Shown: positions 12,846 through 26,600, counted from the whole stretch's first letter. The stretch is DNA of 63,473 bases, filler included, from Squatina squatina (GCA_031763465.1; 3 parts of 3 records of this genome joined end to end with filler, not necessarily neighbours in it), one strand, 5' to 3'. Notes: generated by a model not told the origin, from the sequence alone. Translations and numbers: made by a program.

Positions 12846-14284
12846 TATAGATCTGCTTCCTTTTGTATCTCTGTCTCTGCTTCATGTATGTCTTGTCTCT
12901 GGGTTTTGTTGTTTTACTCACTATTCTGTGATCCGTCCCATCTGGGATCCAGTTTCCTCCCTGCCTCAATGTTCTTAAGTCACTTCGTTCCTACTTGGTT
13001 TTGGTGAATCCCATCCTAATTGGCTTTTGTGAAAATTGAAAAGGTGCCCAGGTGCTGCCTGAGCTGTTGTGGGGACAGGGGGAAGAGGTGAATCACATTG
13101 TCTAACAAAGGAGAAAAAAAGTTTCCCTCCATTTATTGAGGGAAAAATCCTTTTGTGCATGCATTGTGGACATCACACCAATTACTCATGATGAACAACA
13201 AAAGTTTGCACTAGTTTTGCTTTTATTGTGCTTATAATCTAAGCGAAATCGCTCATAATCTGGAAGCTGAACTTGCTTTCACCAATTTTTATAAGAAACA
13301 CATCCGTAAGAAATACTGGTTAAAATTAATTTTAACCCATTTAAAGCGATCAAGTTAATGAATCCAATATAATACGCAGAGAGGCAGTTCACACAAATTT
13401 GATAATGTGTTGGTCACAAGTATCACTGAGAACAATTTCAGCTACTGGTGTGGGTTGGGGGAGTGTAATGTGCATCTTTGTGTTGGGGTGAATCTGCCAG
13501 ATCCTTTATAATCTGGTCCAACTGTTCCTTGCTCATTGGTGCACTCCTATTATTCAGCCTTCAGGTTTAGAGCATCCAAATGTTGTTGACTTTTTCTGAA
13601 CTCTCATTTCTACTGTTTATTCCATGTGATTTAACTACAGGCACAAATGAGAGCACTCGTTCTCATTTCCTCCAGCCAACTCTTTTCAGTGTTTAATTTA
13701 ATTTGCTGAGCATCATTAATCCATTAAAGACCCTATTTGCTATCTTGCTAGATAAAGTGTGACATGACATCTTCAATAACTGTTAAAAATGTGATTTTCT
13801 ATGTGTAATTTAAAATGTGTCTACTTTATAATAATTACCAAAAATGGTCAGAAGAACAGCTTTCTAGCTTTTAATGGAGCTGTCACATTATGTCATTTAT
13901 TTCACAAATACAATTTGACAGTTGACCTTTTGAAGGGTCATTAAGTCAGCAACTATGGCATGATTCCAATTTACCAGTCATTTTCACTTTTACTTTGTCC
14001 AGCACTGATTGCAAATCTCTAGCATGCAACGTATAGAGTCCAAAAGTGGATATGGCACATTTCCAACCAGAGAAATAAATAATCAATTATATTTTTAACT
14101 TTGATCTAGTTCATCTATTTGATGTGAAATCCATCTTATTTTGTTTCCTAATTATTAATAAATAAACATATTAAAATTCAAATTAATTCTATATTTTTTT
14201 TCTTCCACACAGTATGTACAATGCCTCCAATTATATGGGCAAGATGAGATTACGAAAGCAGAAGTTAATTTTCATAATACTTAC

Positions 14285-14540
14285 TTGATAAAAGTGGAAC
14301 ACTAGTTGGAAAAAGAACACCATAAAGGATTTATCAGCCTTTGAAAGAATCTCCGGACTTGAAAATATGAATGCTCTTGCACTCTGTTCTTCAAATTCTT
14401 CAAATTTGGATTGTGTTATACATTGGAAAATATATTTTTTTAACGTGACAAAGAAAAGGGGTAGCTTTCTAGGAGAGATATGTTTGCTTGCATCACAGAA
14501 TGTAAAATGTGCTTCTACCTCTATTTCTCCTATTCTGTCA
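14285..14540 (-). CDS. Candidate internal coding exon (256 nt) of an unidentified gene
   Basis: Open frame DRIGEIEVEAHF...LSKADKSFMVFFFQLVFHFYQ, bounded by ttgtgcttcag (acceptor) and CAA|GTAAGT (consensus donor). No family recognised. Confidence 0.3.
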
Positions 14541-14639
14541 CTGAAGCACAAGTTCATACCTTCATTACCTCAAAGCTTGACTTCTGCATTTGCTTCTAGT
14601 AGACCTGCCCACACCAACCCTGTCTGGACCTCAGGCCAA

Positions 14640-14830
14640 ATTTGATGTCCTTACCTACGCTAAGTCGGACACTCCCAACATACCATGCCCATCAAGCTCC
14701 ATTGGCTCCCTGTGCTCCAGCATGTTGAGTTCAAAGTTCTCATCCTTATTTTTACCTAACCATACATTACCAATCTTCTCCCTTACAAGCCAGCACTGTG
14801 TTCCTCTGACACTGATCTTCTTGCTCCTTA
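14640..14830 (+). mobile_element. Old L2 LINE 3' remnant
   Basis: Encodes KLHWLPVLQHVEFKVLILIF, matching the L2 motif LHWLPVxxRIxFK. Confidence 0.65.
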
Positions 14831-17589
14831 TTGCAACATCAGCTCCTGTTCAGTCAGTCACAATTTTCCTGCCTGTGTAACAACAACATCATGCCTTTAC
14901 ATTGTTGTTGTTAGTGCAGTAATATTGACGCAAGGCACCTGAAACAATGGCAGGAACTTGTGGGAATCAGTGAGCGGGATCAGTGATCAGAGCAGTTAAA
15001 CCAATTATTGGGTTGTTGACAAACCCTTGATAATGCTTTTAAACTTGCCTTTTAACTTTAACTGCTCTCCCATGGGTCCACGCTGCTTGGNNNNNNNNNN
15101 ATCTGATGCGGGAGTTCAATGGTCATTGCTCCAGCTAATTACTTGACAGTTTTAAATGCACAATAACAGCTCCCAATAAAAGCTCCCAACTGACAGATCA
15201 TCACTTTCCTCAGCCATAGCTGTTTCTCTATCCATTTCCAGCACAGGCTCCCCACTTTCCACTCTTCATCCTCTCTCACCTCATTGAAAGGACAGAGGGC
15301 ATCAGCACCCAAGCACATTGCTGCCCAGGGTGCCAGGGATGGTTTCCTGACACTGTACAACTTAGCTGCCACATGATGCACNNNNNNNNNNNNNNNNNNN
15401 NNNNNNNNNNNNNNNNNNNNNNNNNNNNNNNNNNNNNNNNNNNNNNNNNNNNNNNNNNNNNNNNNNNNNNNNNNNNNNNNNGTACCACTGCAACTTTGCT
15501 CGATTTCCAATGGAAACCAAACTTACGTGTGTAAATAGGGCTTTCCACCACCCTTCTGGTGAAGTTACAGCAGCTGAGTGGCAAAATCCAGGAAATTCTC
15601 GACCTTTGTTATTTTTTGTCTTGAGGCATCCTGCACAAAGTGTAGAACAGCACATGGATGGCAATTGATCCTTTAACATTTTACAGGACTTTTTATCCTG
15701 TATTAGAAGAGTGACCTTCATGCCTTTGCTCTGCCCTTTCAACATTAGATAGCGGGGAAGACAGCCCCTGTCATGGTGCTGGACCTTTTTTGAGACAGAG
15801 AACCCAAATGCATCCGGCCACTTGGTCACATTTATTTTCATTTAACCAATCTCTGTAATCTGACAGCACATTCATAGACATTTGTGCGTTTAAAATATCA
15901 TTAGGTTACACTGTGGAGTGCAACTGATGGAGGAAGAACTATGCCTTTGCAGTTGGCTGCATTCTTCTAATATAAAAATGTCTAATGAGACAGAATGGTT
16001 ATTTAATCAATGGATTTCATTACATTCTGTACCTATGGAAATAATGAAAGTTTGTTACGGCAGGAGTTGAGAAGAATTTTGATTCCGCTTTACTTCCACA
16101 GGATTAAATGAGGCTAGGGCAGTTCTCTGCTATAATGCCCTATCCATCTGTCTACGCATACTTTGCCTGTAATATTTCAATTATCNNNNNNNNNNNNNNN
16201 NNNNNNNNNNNNNNNNNNNNNNNNNNNNNNNNNNNNNNNNNNNNNNNNNNNNNNNNNNNNNNNNNNNNNNNNNNNNNNNNNNNNNNNNNNNNNNNNNNNN
16301 NNNNNNNNNNNNNNNNNNNNNNNNNNNNNNNNNNNNNNNNNNNNNNNNNNNNNNNNNNNNNNNNNNNNNNNNNNNNNNNNNNNNNNNNNNNNNNNNNNNN
16401 NNNNNNNNNNNNNNNNNNNNNNNNNNNNNNNNNNNNNNNNNNNNNNNNNNNNNNNNNNNNNNNNNNNNNNNNNNNNNNNNNNNNNNNNNNNNNNNTACAT
16501 ACACCTCTTATCAGCAATCTATCCAGGGAAATGAAGAATGAAACCAAACGTTCTTAGTGCACCATGCAGCATTAACCCCGAGGTCTCGCTCCATTCTTAA
16601 TCTGGATCTCACAAAACAGTTCCAGGCACCGAGAGAAACGTTTTCATTAAGAGGAGCGAGACAGTTGACACATTTTTATTCATCATCAGCAAAATGTCAT
16701 TTTGTACTGTGTTGTGCTGCGTAGTTATTAATGTATCAAAAGGAGTCAGTGTCCCCATTACAATGCTGGAGATATTTTGCTCGCAAAAAGGCTGAGAATA
16801 GAAGGTGCTGGAGGCTTGCTTTTAGAAGTTCATTGCATTGATCATTACTGAATGTTGCATGATGATGCTACCTAACGCTGTGTTGGCCGGGTACACTGAC
16901 TGACATTGCTCAACAGAACAACTGCGAGCTATTTTAGATCTACGATGACAGTTCATTGATTTTAATAAATGATGCCTGAAAAAACATCCAGGACTGTGGC
17001 ATCTGCAGATGAAAAAGGACAAGGAAAAGTAGCAACACACACAATGCAAATCACATTGCTTAACTTAGAAATTCTAATGCCTATTTTTTTTTTTAATCCC
17101 ACAAATTCGGTCCTTGTTGCTGTCTTGCACCACCATTTTGTCTCCTTTGGCCGTCATTATAAAATGGCCTGAACTTTAGATCTTCAGATTAATTTTTGTC
17201 CATCACCTGATCTATCCTATCAATAGTGGATAGGAGGTAATCTGCTTGATGGGCCTGATGTTGTGACAGTCACATATTGTTTCATCTGCTTGGCTGAAAA
17301 CTGGTAAAATTCTGCTGACGAGAACAGTTAAATTCAAATACACTTTGGGACCTCGGTATTCTTCTGATAGAGTTCAGTTGCCCCATGCAGCTCCAGGTTA
17401 AAAATGACGACATCCAATTGCAATGCTTAGTCTCCCTTTGCCTTGACCATGTTCATCTTCAATCCTCAGAACACTGGACCAAAAAGCCATTTCTATTCTC
17501 GATGGTCATAATAGTAAATCTATCAAAACAAGACTATTTCACTGCTGGAGTTTATATTAAAGTTGAAAACTCACCATTTCCACAATGGT

Positions 17590-17935
17590 GAGGTGAATTA
17601 ATCCAGTAAGTAGCTGAACCAGAAAGGTACAAGTTTTGATCTTCGGTTCATGCTGAGTTTGCAAGTCTCCACTGGGTCAGCAGGTGAGATGCTCGTATGC
17701 GCTTTGGTGCTCCTGGGTTGGAGAGGGAAAAGATTAGCCAGCTCTTGCCTCTGATTACTCTCCACTGATTCCTTCTAGAGATGCAGGTGCACAGATGTTG
17801 AGGAAAGGCGAATCGGGCTCAGTTATGCTGATCCCTATGTAAGTCATTGTCAAGGTTCACTCAAGAAGATGGCATCTGGTGCTGGTGGAACCACATACCA
17901 ACAAGATATCAACACTTCCAGAGAGCTGAAGGGAG
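17590..17935 (+). mobile_element. Ancient tRNA-derived SINE, decayed
   Basis: Degenerate B-box followed by tgctgagtt...gggaaaagattagccag...gctcagttatgctgatccc; appears related to 29520-29677. Confidence 0.45.
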
Positions 17936-19092
17936 AACTATTACTGAGAGACAAAACAAGCAAAACCTAATTTACACAATTCATAAAAGACATCAATGAG
18001 AGAATACTCATGTTCTCCCTCTCTGAGATGCATTTCAAATTACTTTAGAGATTAAGAGGTGTTGATGAGGCTTAATGCTGCTGACACCTGACTTCAGACG
18101 CAAAACAGTNNNNNNNNNNNNNNNNNNNNNNNNNNNNNNNNNNNNNNNNNNNNNNNNNNNNNNNNNNNNNNNNNNNNNNNNNNNNNNNNNNNNNNNNNNN
18201 NNNNNNNNNATAGGCGTAACTACCCTTTTAATAATATAGATTGTTATGCAACTGTAATTTAGAATATGAAATGCTTTTTCTCACTACTTTCTTTACCCTG
18301 TAATTTTAAAATAGTCATCAAATTTAGTAGTTATGCAGCTTAAAAACATATTAATGCAGTAGTTTACAGCCTGGATGTTTAGGCACTAAAAATGGTTGTC
18401 ACCTAACATTTCACTTCAATCGATTCCATTCACAGAGATGTGTGCCTTCCTTGAAATCCACTTTCAAGCCGCCACTATGATGGCTCTGTACTGGAATTGT
18501 TGCATGATATTAAAATAAACTAAGCCGCACTTTTTAAATTAATAATCATCCTTACACCCCAATGACCCTGATGAAATTTCTTACCTCAGATATGCTTCTA
18601 TCATAAGTTCCCGCCTCAGCCAAGTGAACTGCCACATTGTCATTGTGGGACCTGTGATGCGGTTTCACCGTGACAAGGGTTTAAGTACCTACTTGAGTTA
18701 ATATAAATGAGGGAAATGCTGTTGGGTGCTAAAAAAAAACATTTACTTGCCCCAGTCAAGCAGTAGAATTTTTCAAGGAGAGTGAAGGTTGGTAGTTGTT
18801 AATTCACTTCTGCAGGACATCATTGTTCATCTGGTCCCTTTTGACGTAAATAAAAATAATGTTTAAAGGTGCCTTCACTTTTGCTGAATTATTGTATGAA
18901 AAGCAGCTTCCTCAGTCTAGTATCCAAGTATTGCTGGAAAACGAGTCAAAATATTCAGGTGTGAAATCCTCGCACAATCGCTCTCTCGCTAGCACTGTCA
19001 GCTGTAAAATGGACCAAAGCTTTAAGACTTGAAAAATCCTCTACAATATACTCTAATATATAATGGGCTGCATTGCAGACCAAATATACATG

Positions 19093-19192
19093 NNNNNNNN
19101 NNNNNNNNNNNNNNNNNNNNNNNNNNNNNNNNNNNNTTAATTAATTAANNNNNNNNNNNNNNNNNNNNNNNNNNNNNNNNNNNNNNNNNNNN
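19093..19192. other. Artificial scaffold linker (44 N + TTAATTAATTAA + 44 N)
   Basis: A palindromic 12-mer with stop codons in all six frames, centred in an exactly 100-nt spacer. Confidence 0.95.
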
Positions 19193-20524
19193 GGAATTGG
19201 TACTTGTAACTTGGAAACCTGTCAGACAGCAAATTACTGACAGCTATGCTGAGCAGATTTAGGCAGTCCAAGTACTTGCAAAAAATCAATAGTTATCTTG
19301 CACAGCTGAACCCCATAACAATTTGCAGAAGTCATGCAACTGGAGAATTAAATAACATGAGTAAAAAATATCTTCAAACCAAATGACAGGACCACCTTGT
19401 CTATTTCAGAAAAAGTTATGAGGCCATAATTTGCTGTGGTTGGGCATCAATGGTGTCTGCCGTTAGTTAGATTTGCCCTTGTCCTTTAAGGATTTAACAT
19501 TTTTTTATATGGCAAGTTGCTGAAAGTGCGAGCTGATAACATCAGTGAGGGAAACTGGGCATCTGGGACCTGAGTGAACAGGGCAAGCAACTGCGTATCT
19601 TCTTAACCAATCGGATTAAAAGATTGAGAAATTAACAGCGCAAGGACTGAAAAGGAAATGTTAATTGGAGTGGGTGAATTCAATGTCAAGTCAGGTATAA
19701 AAAGAGAAATAAAGTGAGGGAAAGAAAGATTGGATTAAGAGAGAGAGGAAAAAGTGTCAGAAAGGAAAGGAAAAAAAAAAAGTTTTAATTTTACATTTGG
19801 GATCAATTGCAGTCATAAAAGTAAGTAGGTTTTGCAAAATAAATCACAATTTAGATTAATTTCATGTTTCATATATTTAAAACCAAAAGATTTGCTACAT
19901 TTACTTTAAATCAATTAATTTTTAAATTCTGTGCTTCTCACACTCTGGTTGGTTAATTATGACAGCCCTGAAATTACACCATGTGATATTAATGTATGAA
20001 CATTTGTCTCAAATACCTCTGCTTCTTAGAAGAAGCATTAGCCCATTTATACATTAACATCCCTTGGCTTACTTTCAGGCCCAATGTTATTACATTACAG
20101 ATCATTCAATTTTTTTTTTCATTTTCATCCGTTTCTTTTAATAAATTATGCACAGACACGTACTGTCTAAATTTCCTGTGTGATAATATGCAAAGTGTTA
20201 ATGCAAAGAGCATTTATGAACTTTTTTTGACCTTTCAGAATAAGTAGTAATTACATGAGCATTATCAAAATCAAGATGTAGCTTAAGTAGAAACTGATGT
20301 TTTGATAACATGCCCAGTCAGAATTTGTTTAATGAAAAATCGATGCGGTTAAGTGAAACACATTTCTGACCCTGTATTGCTGTATGTAATTTGTCACAAA
20401 GCTTCAGGTTTATGGCTTATATTGTAACATATACACACACTCTGGTACTATTCCAGCCTGCTTACACTTTATTTATTTTTTTCCCATCCTGACCTATTCC
20501 CTTGTCCTGTTCTGATGCTGAAAA

Positions 20525-20895
20525 GACAGCTTGGGTTGAATTGATGGATAAAAAAAAAGGAAAGATGATTCTTAAATGTTGTTATAGACCTTCTGGGCAG
20601 GCGATAGTAGATTGGGTAATGTTTGTGTAGATAAGAAAGCTCTGTAAAACGGACAGTACGTTGATCACAAGAAATTTCAATTACCTAAGTATTGACTGGG
20701 ATAAGATCAGTTGAAACATTAAGGAAGGACGCATGTTTCTAGAGATAATGCCGATCTGCTTCCTCACGTAGTTTGTTGAGAAGGTCAGAGACTGCGATCG
20801 ACTTAATCATAGGAAATGGAGCTACTGTGGTAAATAAGGTTGAAGTTCCACAGCATCTATGAATCAGCAATCGTATCATCAGATTTGAAATGCTT
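20525..20895 (+). mobile_element. CR1 endonuclease remnant
   Basis: AWVELMDKKKGKMILKCCYRPSG ... FNYLSIDWD ... IDLIIGN. Confidence 0.7.
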
Positions 20896-20919
20896 ATAAT
20901 AGTGGGTGGAAAGGACAAT

Positions 20920-21243
20920 GGTCCGGATTTTCCGGGGCCTATGACTGCGTACGTACAGTGTACAATGTCGTAAGTGCCCCGCATGTTCCATGTTTCCGCA
21001 CGCAATGTGCATGCGCGAAAACCCGGAACTTGCGATCTGTGAAGTTTCAGCTTGACAGGCCGTACCCATCCGCAGGAAATGGACATTCTCTGGTGCAGCA
21101 TTGGGCTAATTACGCAACTACTGCCCAGCGAATGCTCACAATACTCTTAAGCCTGGAAAACGCAGGTGTAAGGCCTTCTTTTACCAGCGTATGAGTTTAA
21201 ATAAATATTAAAATAATTTCTTTTTAGTGACTTAACCATACAA
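20920..21243. mobile_element. MITE-like element end, truncated by a gap
   Basis: Starts ggtccggattttcc; CpG-rich with tgcatgcgcgaaaacccggaacttgcg; same style of end as the other MITE-like copies. Confidence 0.45.
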
Positions 21244-22087
21244 NNNNNNNNNNNNNNNNNNNNNNNNNNNNNNNNNNNNNNNNNNNNNNNNNNNNNNNNN
21301 NNNNNNNNNNNNNNNNNNNNNNNNNNNNNNNNNNNNNNNNNNNAGTTCTGACATCCTCTGTGATGCTATGGTTTCACCTCTGGGTTACCCCTGCAGCAAG
21401 TCATCCATGGTCATTGTCTTTTTCCTCTCCTAACTTTAACTAAGGTTGAACTTGGCTGTGCTTTCTCTCTTGACTGTACTTGCTCTGCTTTGAAACTTAT
21501 TTTACTGAATTAACTTTTAGAAAACACTGTACATTCTCTACTTCAACTTTGATCTTGAACAACTTAATCTTGCTGAAACCTTCTTTCTAATATCAAAAAA
21601 TGTCACTTTTTGGCACTCTTAACCTTCATCCTAACTTATTTGACCCTCCTAAGTCTCCTCAAAAGAACTTTCTTCAATTTTCACAATCCTTTCTTCAACT
21701 TTTAAAATCTTCTGATTTNNNNNNNNNNGTATCTCAAACTACTTCAGACTTCAAGTGACCTGATCAATCACAGTGACAAACTCAACTAAACAGACAGTTA
21801 CACTGCAGCTACTGTTTGGCTTCCAGCCAGGTAGAATATTGTTTACTTTGCTTGGATCCTGCCTGGCTGGAATCCTAATTCTCCTGCCCAGGAGAGAGAT
21901 TTGTACATGCCTGGATGTTCTTATGTCGAGCTTTCACTTTAGAATTGCGGGAGAGAATTTCATTCCTTAATCATTAACAGCAGCAACAACCTTTAGGCTT
22001 CTCCTGCTCCCTTGCAGGAGAGGTCAAGAGGAAATTCACGACATTAAATTGAGGTCAAATAGATTTAAGAAATGTCTAGGAGTCCAA

Positions 22088-22188
22088 CGGTTTTTGAAAT
22101 TGCGATCGGAGGCTTCCTGCGTGACTTGTAGGTGATTTTAGATCGGAGCTGGTTATGCCTCAGCAAACGCCTAATGCAATTCCACTCC
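22088..22188. mobile_element. Minimal (~100 bp) MITE with imperfect terminal inverted repeats
   Basis: ggtttttgaaattgc...gcaattccactcc. The 5' part gaaattgcgatcggaggcttcctgcgtg recurs nearly identically at about 26648-26676. Confidence 0.5.
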
Positions 22189-22384
22189 ACGGATCTTGTG
22201 AGTTCAGGGGACCTGGACTTACGTTACTGTATTCGCGGAGAAAACCCTTTGAGTCAATGTACTCAACACCTGTCTGTGGTTCAACCAGAGGATGTTTTAT
22301 TATGTATAGCCACAAATAAGAAATGATCAATAATATGCAGCAGTGATAGAAATGCCCCTTTAAACTATAGTTTGGCCGAGAGTT

Positions 22385-22511
22385 GTGAAGGGCACGCTTT
22401 ATGTTGGGGTGCCCACGTGTCTTGGGGTTCAGGCGTATGCTCTCCAGGACTCACGGTGGGACGTCCTCCACGGCTTGGCGCACCCCTCGGATGGTCACGA
22501 TGGAACAGTTT
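22385..22511 (+). mobile_element. Possible Gypsy integrase H2C2-region fragment
   Basis: Translates to RWDVLHGLAHPS, similar to the Gypsy motif LHGLAHP(S/G); only a short piece before a gap. Confidence 0.35.
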
Positions 22512-23449
22512 NNNNNNNNNNNNNNNNNNNNNNNNNNNNNNNNNNNNNNNNNNNNNNNNNNNNNNNNNNNNNNNNNNNNNNNNNNNNNNNNNNNNNNNNN
22601 NNNNNNNNNNNAAAGAAATCTGAGTTATACAGCATCCATTTGCTGTCCTTTACAGATGGGGAACTGATCCCTGTCTAACAGGAAATACACGACAACTAAC
22701 ATAGACTTTCAGCTACGAGAAGCAGTAGTCTCTGCTTTCCCTCAGATAATATCGGTCATATGATATTCATCGAGGCTTTGATTTTCCCCTTGCTGGCATT
22801 CGAGATAAATAGAAAAGATCATTTGGATTTCTTTTAAAATTCAAGTCTTTGGAAAAATGGAATCTAAAGACCTCTTGCCAATCCTGTTGCTGACCTATAA
22901 ATCCCCTGAGACTGCCACACAGAACAGGTATTTCTGCCACGATGATGAGCAAACGTATTCTCTCCGCTACTGTAACAGAAATGATCTGAGTCTCCTCCCT
23001 TCCAAGATAATTGCTATTTATTTGCAGCAAAACCAATTAGACCACATGTTTATGTAAATATTAGGAAAAAATGCATTAAATTTCATCATAATGAAATTTC
23101 ATTGCAGCTTCCGGGAGCAAAATTTCTATCGGCCACTGTTTCACAAATGATTTCTCAGAAATTTTTCAAGCACGCTATTATAAAGCATATTTAATGACAT
23201 CCGCCAATCCTTCTGCTCAGAGGCAAAGTGTCAACCTAAGGGATAGAAAAGCAGCAGCCATAAACTACCACACATCCGCATTCTCCATTACAAACCTTTA
23301 CTGCATAAAGGTCGTTCAATCACATGATTTTCCTCTTCAAAGCAAGGCCTGCAGGAAGTGGGGTGGGGATTGATTTATGCACCAGGGCAATCTACAGATT
23401 TTGCTGTAGGTCTGCCATAACAGTCACAGGTATAATTTTTTTTACACCA

Positions 23450-23620
23450 ATGCAACCTATGGTTGAAGCAGATAGCATTGACACATTTAAGGAGAGACTT
23501 GATGCATACATAAAACAGAAGGAAAGAGGGGTATAGAGGCAATTAGAGTGGGAGAAGGCTCGTGGAGTATAAACGCCAATGTATTTCTGTGCTGTCGATT
23601 CTATGCAATTCTGTGTATAG
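23450..23620 (+). mobile_element. CR1 LINE 3' end
   Basis: VEADSIDTFKERLDAY followed by the typical 3' UTR and an attctatg-like tail. Confidence 0.8.
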
Positions 23621-26600
23621 TTTTATAGTGGCAGTCTTAATGAGATTCCATGAACCACTGTATTTAATGCATTGTGCACAAGTATAAATTAATTATGGGC
23701 AAACAGGTTCAGCAATTATTCATGATTTTGCAGCTCCGTTAGGAATACACTGTTGTTTCGAAGTTAGGAGGAGACCNNNNNNNNNNNNNNNNNNNNNNNN
23801 NNNNNNNNNNNNNNNNNNNNNNNNNNNNNNNNNNNNNNNNNNNNNNNNNNNNNNNNNNNNNNNNNNNNNNNNNNNNACATAAGCAATTACTATTATCCTT
23901 CAGATCCTGGTGTAGATGTTACAATGAGAAGGCATGCATCCAATTATCATGACTTGAAGTTTGCATCTCTTGAGGAAGTCAGAAGAGGTTAGCTTGTTAA
24001 TGAGACAAGAATGTTCTCACCTATTAAATTCTCCAAATATGCTGAGGACAATTACTCCGGCTTTGTGCTGGGAAGCAGGAAAATCAGATTTGAACATTGA
24101 GGTTGAGGGTAAAGACAAATTATTGACCAAACAACAGGTTTTGCGACTCACGTAATTGCTTCTCTGTAGTAAAGGTTTAACTTTAACCGAAGCTTGTGAA
24201 GAAGCCTGAGATTTTCTGCTGCGCATTAAGGTGACAATCGATATAGTCATCCTAAGTAACCTCCAAGAGTGATCTTACTTGAAATCTCGAGCCCAGTGCC
24301 AGCACTGCTCATCAAGATTAGCTACAGCTGCTGTCACAGTTGCTAGCCATCAAATGATCTTCACATGCTGCCTTGATTTGTTGACCTTTGAAGTGCTTGA
24401 CAGAAATTTTTAAGTGAAAAAATATCTCTGGATTAATTTTCTCATCCTACAATCATTGAAGGATACCAGGATATATAAAATCTTGAACAGTCAGACTCTA
24501 ATACATAATAGTCATAGATGGCCTGCTTCATCCAAAGTTCAAATTTCATCTGCAAAGGTAATTATATGGACTTCATTATTATGTTAGTTACGAATAATGT
24601 AATGTGTTTTCATTCTTATCTGCTCTATTAAAGAGCTTTATCTCCATCAAATCAAATTCCATTCCGGTACAATTTTTTTTTGAGATGCTCATTATTACAT
24701 TAACTTTAATCTTAAAGATTGATAGGGCTGTTATTAAAACAGATACTGATTATATACATTGTCTCCAAAAATCAATGGATCATGACCAATCCTGGTATAG
24801 GTCCCGAGAGGCGTCCACCTGAAATCTCTGTCGTTGACCCCAGCAAAGTTCACAGGGCCAGAGGGAGATCCTTTCATAACCATCCCACTGATAACTGCCT
24901 GCGCCACAAGGGGCACATCTGGAGTACCTGCCTTTCCTCACAGGCCAGAAAGTTCAGCTCTCTCACTCCAGAAAAAACCCTTAATTGCCCCCAGAAACCC
25001 TCATTTAAAATTGAAAAAAAAAATCTTGGTCTGNNNNNNNNNNNNNNNNNNNNNNNNNNNNNNNNNNNNNNNNNNNNNNNNNNNNNNNNNNNNNNNNNNN
25101 NNNNNNNNNNNNNNNNNNNNNNNNNNNNNNNNNGGGCCACAACCCGCCACAGATACCGGCCACCCTGGACCCGCCAAGTTAAGGAAAATTCCGGCCCATG
25201 TTTCTCAATTCATTTACAATGTAACTTAACACACTATGAACAGAAAAAATCTTCTCTCTGTATTAACATTACAAATTACTCCTACTTAAAATTTATAGAT
25301 ACTAATGGAATCGTTGGGCTGGATATTTCACTGGGCAGTATGACTACTCCCTGCTTTATGCAATGGTTTTACCCATCGAATGGTTTTAACCATCGAGGAG
25401 GTTGCCAAGCGGCTAAAATTCAATCTCTCACAACGAATGAACACAGCAATACATCAGAAAAAGAATCAATAGTGTTAAGTTTACTGCCAAGCGCAAGATT
25501 GTCTTCCACCACAAGGCTGACAGAGCTACTGGAGGGGAACATCATACACTGAGACATCTGATAGCTGCAGTGGAGAGGATAGCAGGATTGTTTTCACAGT
25601 CTTTGGAGAGATCTGCTGGTTATGAGATTGGTCACAAACACACTGATTAAATAAGAATTTTATTTCAACAGTCTACATTTTAACATGCTCTTCACTGCTT
25701 TAAAATATCAGCAAAATGTGATTTTGGTTAATACGATATGAGTGCAGAACCCAAAGTTGTGTGCTTATAAATCAGTGATAGATCTGATCAAGTAGTCCTT
25801 GATGTTAACACTGTGTGCAAAAAATGGGAAAATATTCAATTCCTCAGCACTCTCAGCTCTCCCATCCCTTGCTCCTCATAAAATATCAATTTACACATGG
25901 CTATTTTGAGTGATTCTCATTAAAGGAAACAAGAGATGAAGATGCACTTTCAAGCTAATTTTTTTCTTGTCAATTTATTCAGGTCATTAATGTCTGTTTT
26001 CTTAATATTTCAATATATTGTCAGCACCAAAGGGAGAAGCACAAACAGGCAAGGCAGAAACACATTTGGCAGCTAACAGAATGGCTTGCAGTATTTAATA
26101 CTAACATGTCACTGACATTATAAAGATAATTTTCAGTGACAGCTGATACACATGCCTGAAAGTAATGGAGGTCTAAGACAAATGGAATGTATGAAGTGAC
26201 TAAAGTGTTGCCAATATGGGCAACAAATATCTTAGGCCAATGAGCTTGAACTTGTCTCTATCACAAGACTGCTTCCGGGAACACCAGTAGATACTGAATT
26301 AGCCTCATGCAATCACAGAATGCTATTTATATAAAAGAAAATATTGTATGACTATCACTAGATCCCATCATTGCAAAGAAAATGCATTAATTGCCAAGTA
26401 TTCTGATTATAACAGGCTGGAGATACATGTCTCTGAATAAAATGTCACAACCACACTGGAATTTTTCATTGGGTGGTATTTGCCATAACTGATTTCTCAG
26501 CAGCCCTGCTTGATTCCTATTGTGTCCCAATAAACACTGAGTCAAGCACGTGATAAACATTTTAGCCCCGATTTTAACCCTGTTTACCCGGCGGCAGTGA

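Noticed and set aside
19137-19148. TTAATTAATTAA palindrome as a biological site (also at 48791-48802)
   Set aside because: It is centred exactly in a 100-nt N spacer twice, so it is a bioinformatic linker.
24719-25552. 277-aa ORF
   Set aside because: It reads through a 100-N gap and MITE-like sequence; no domain or splice signals.
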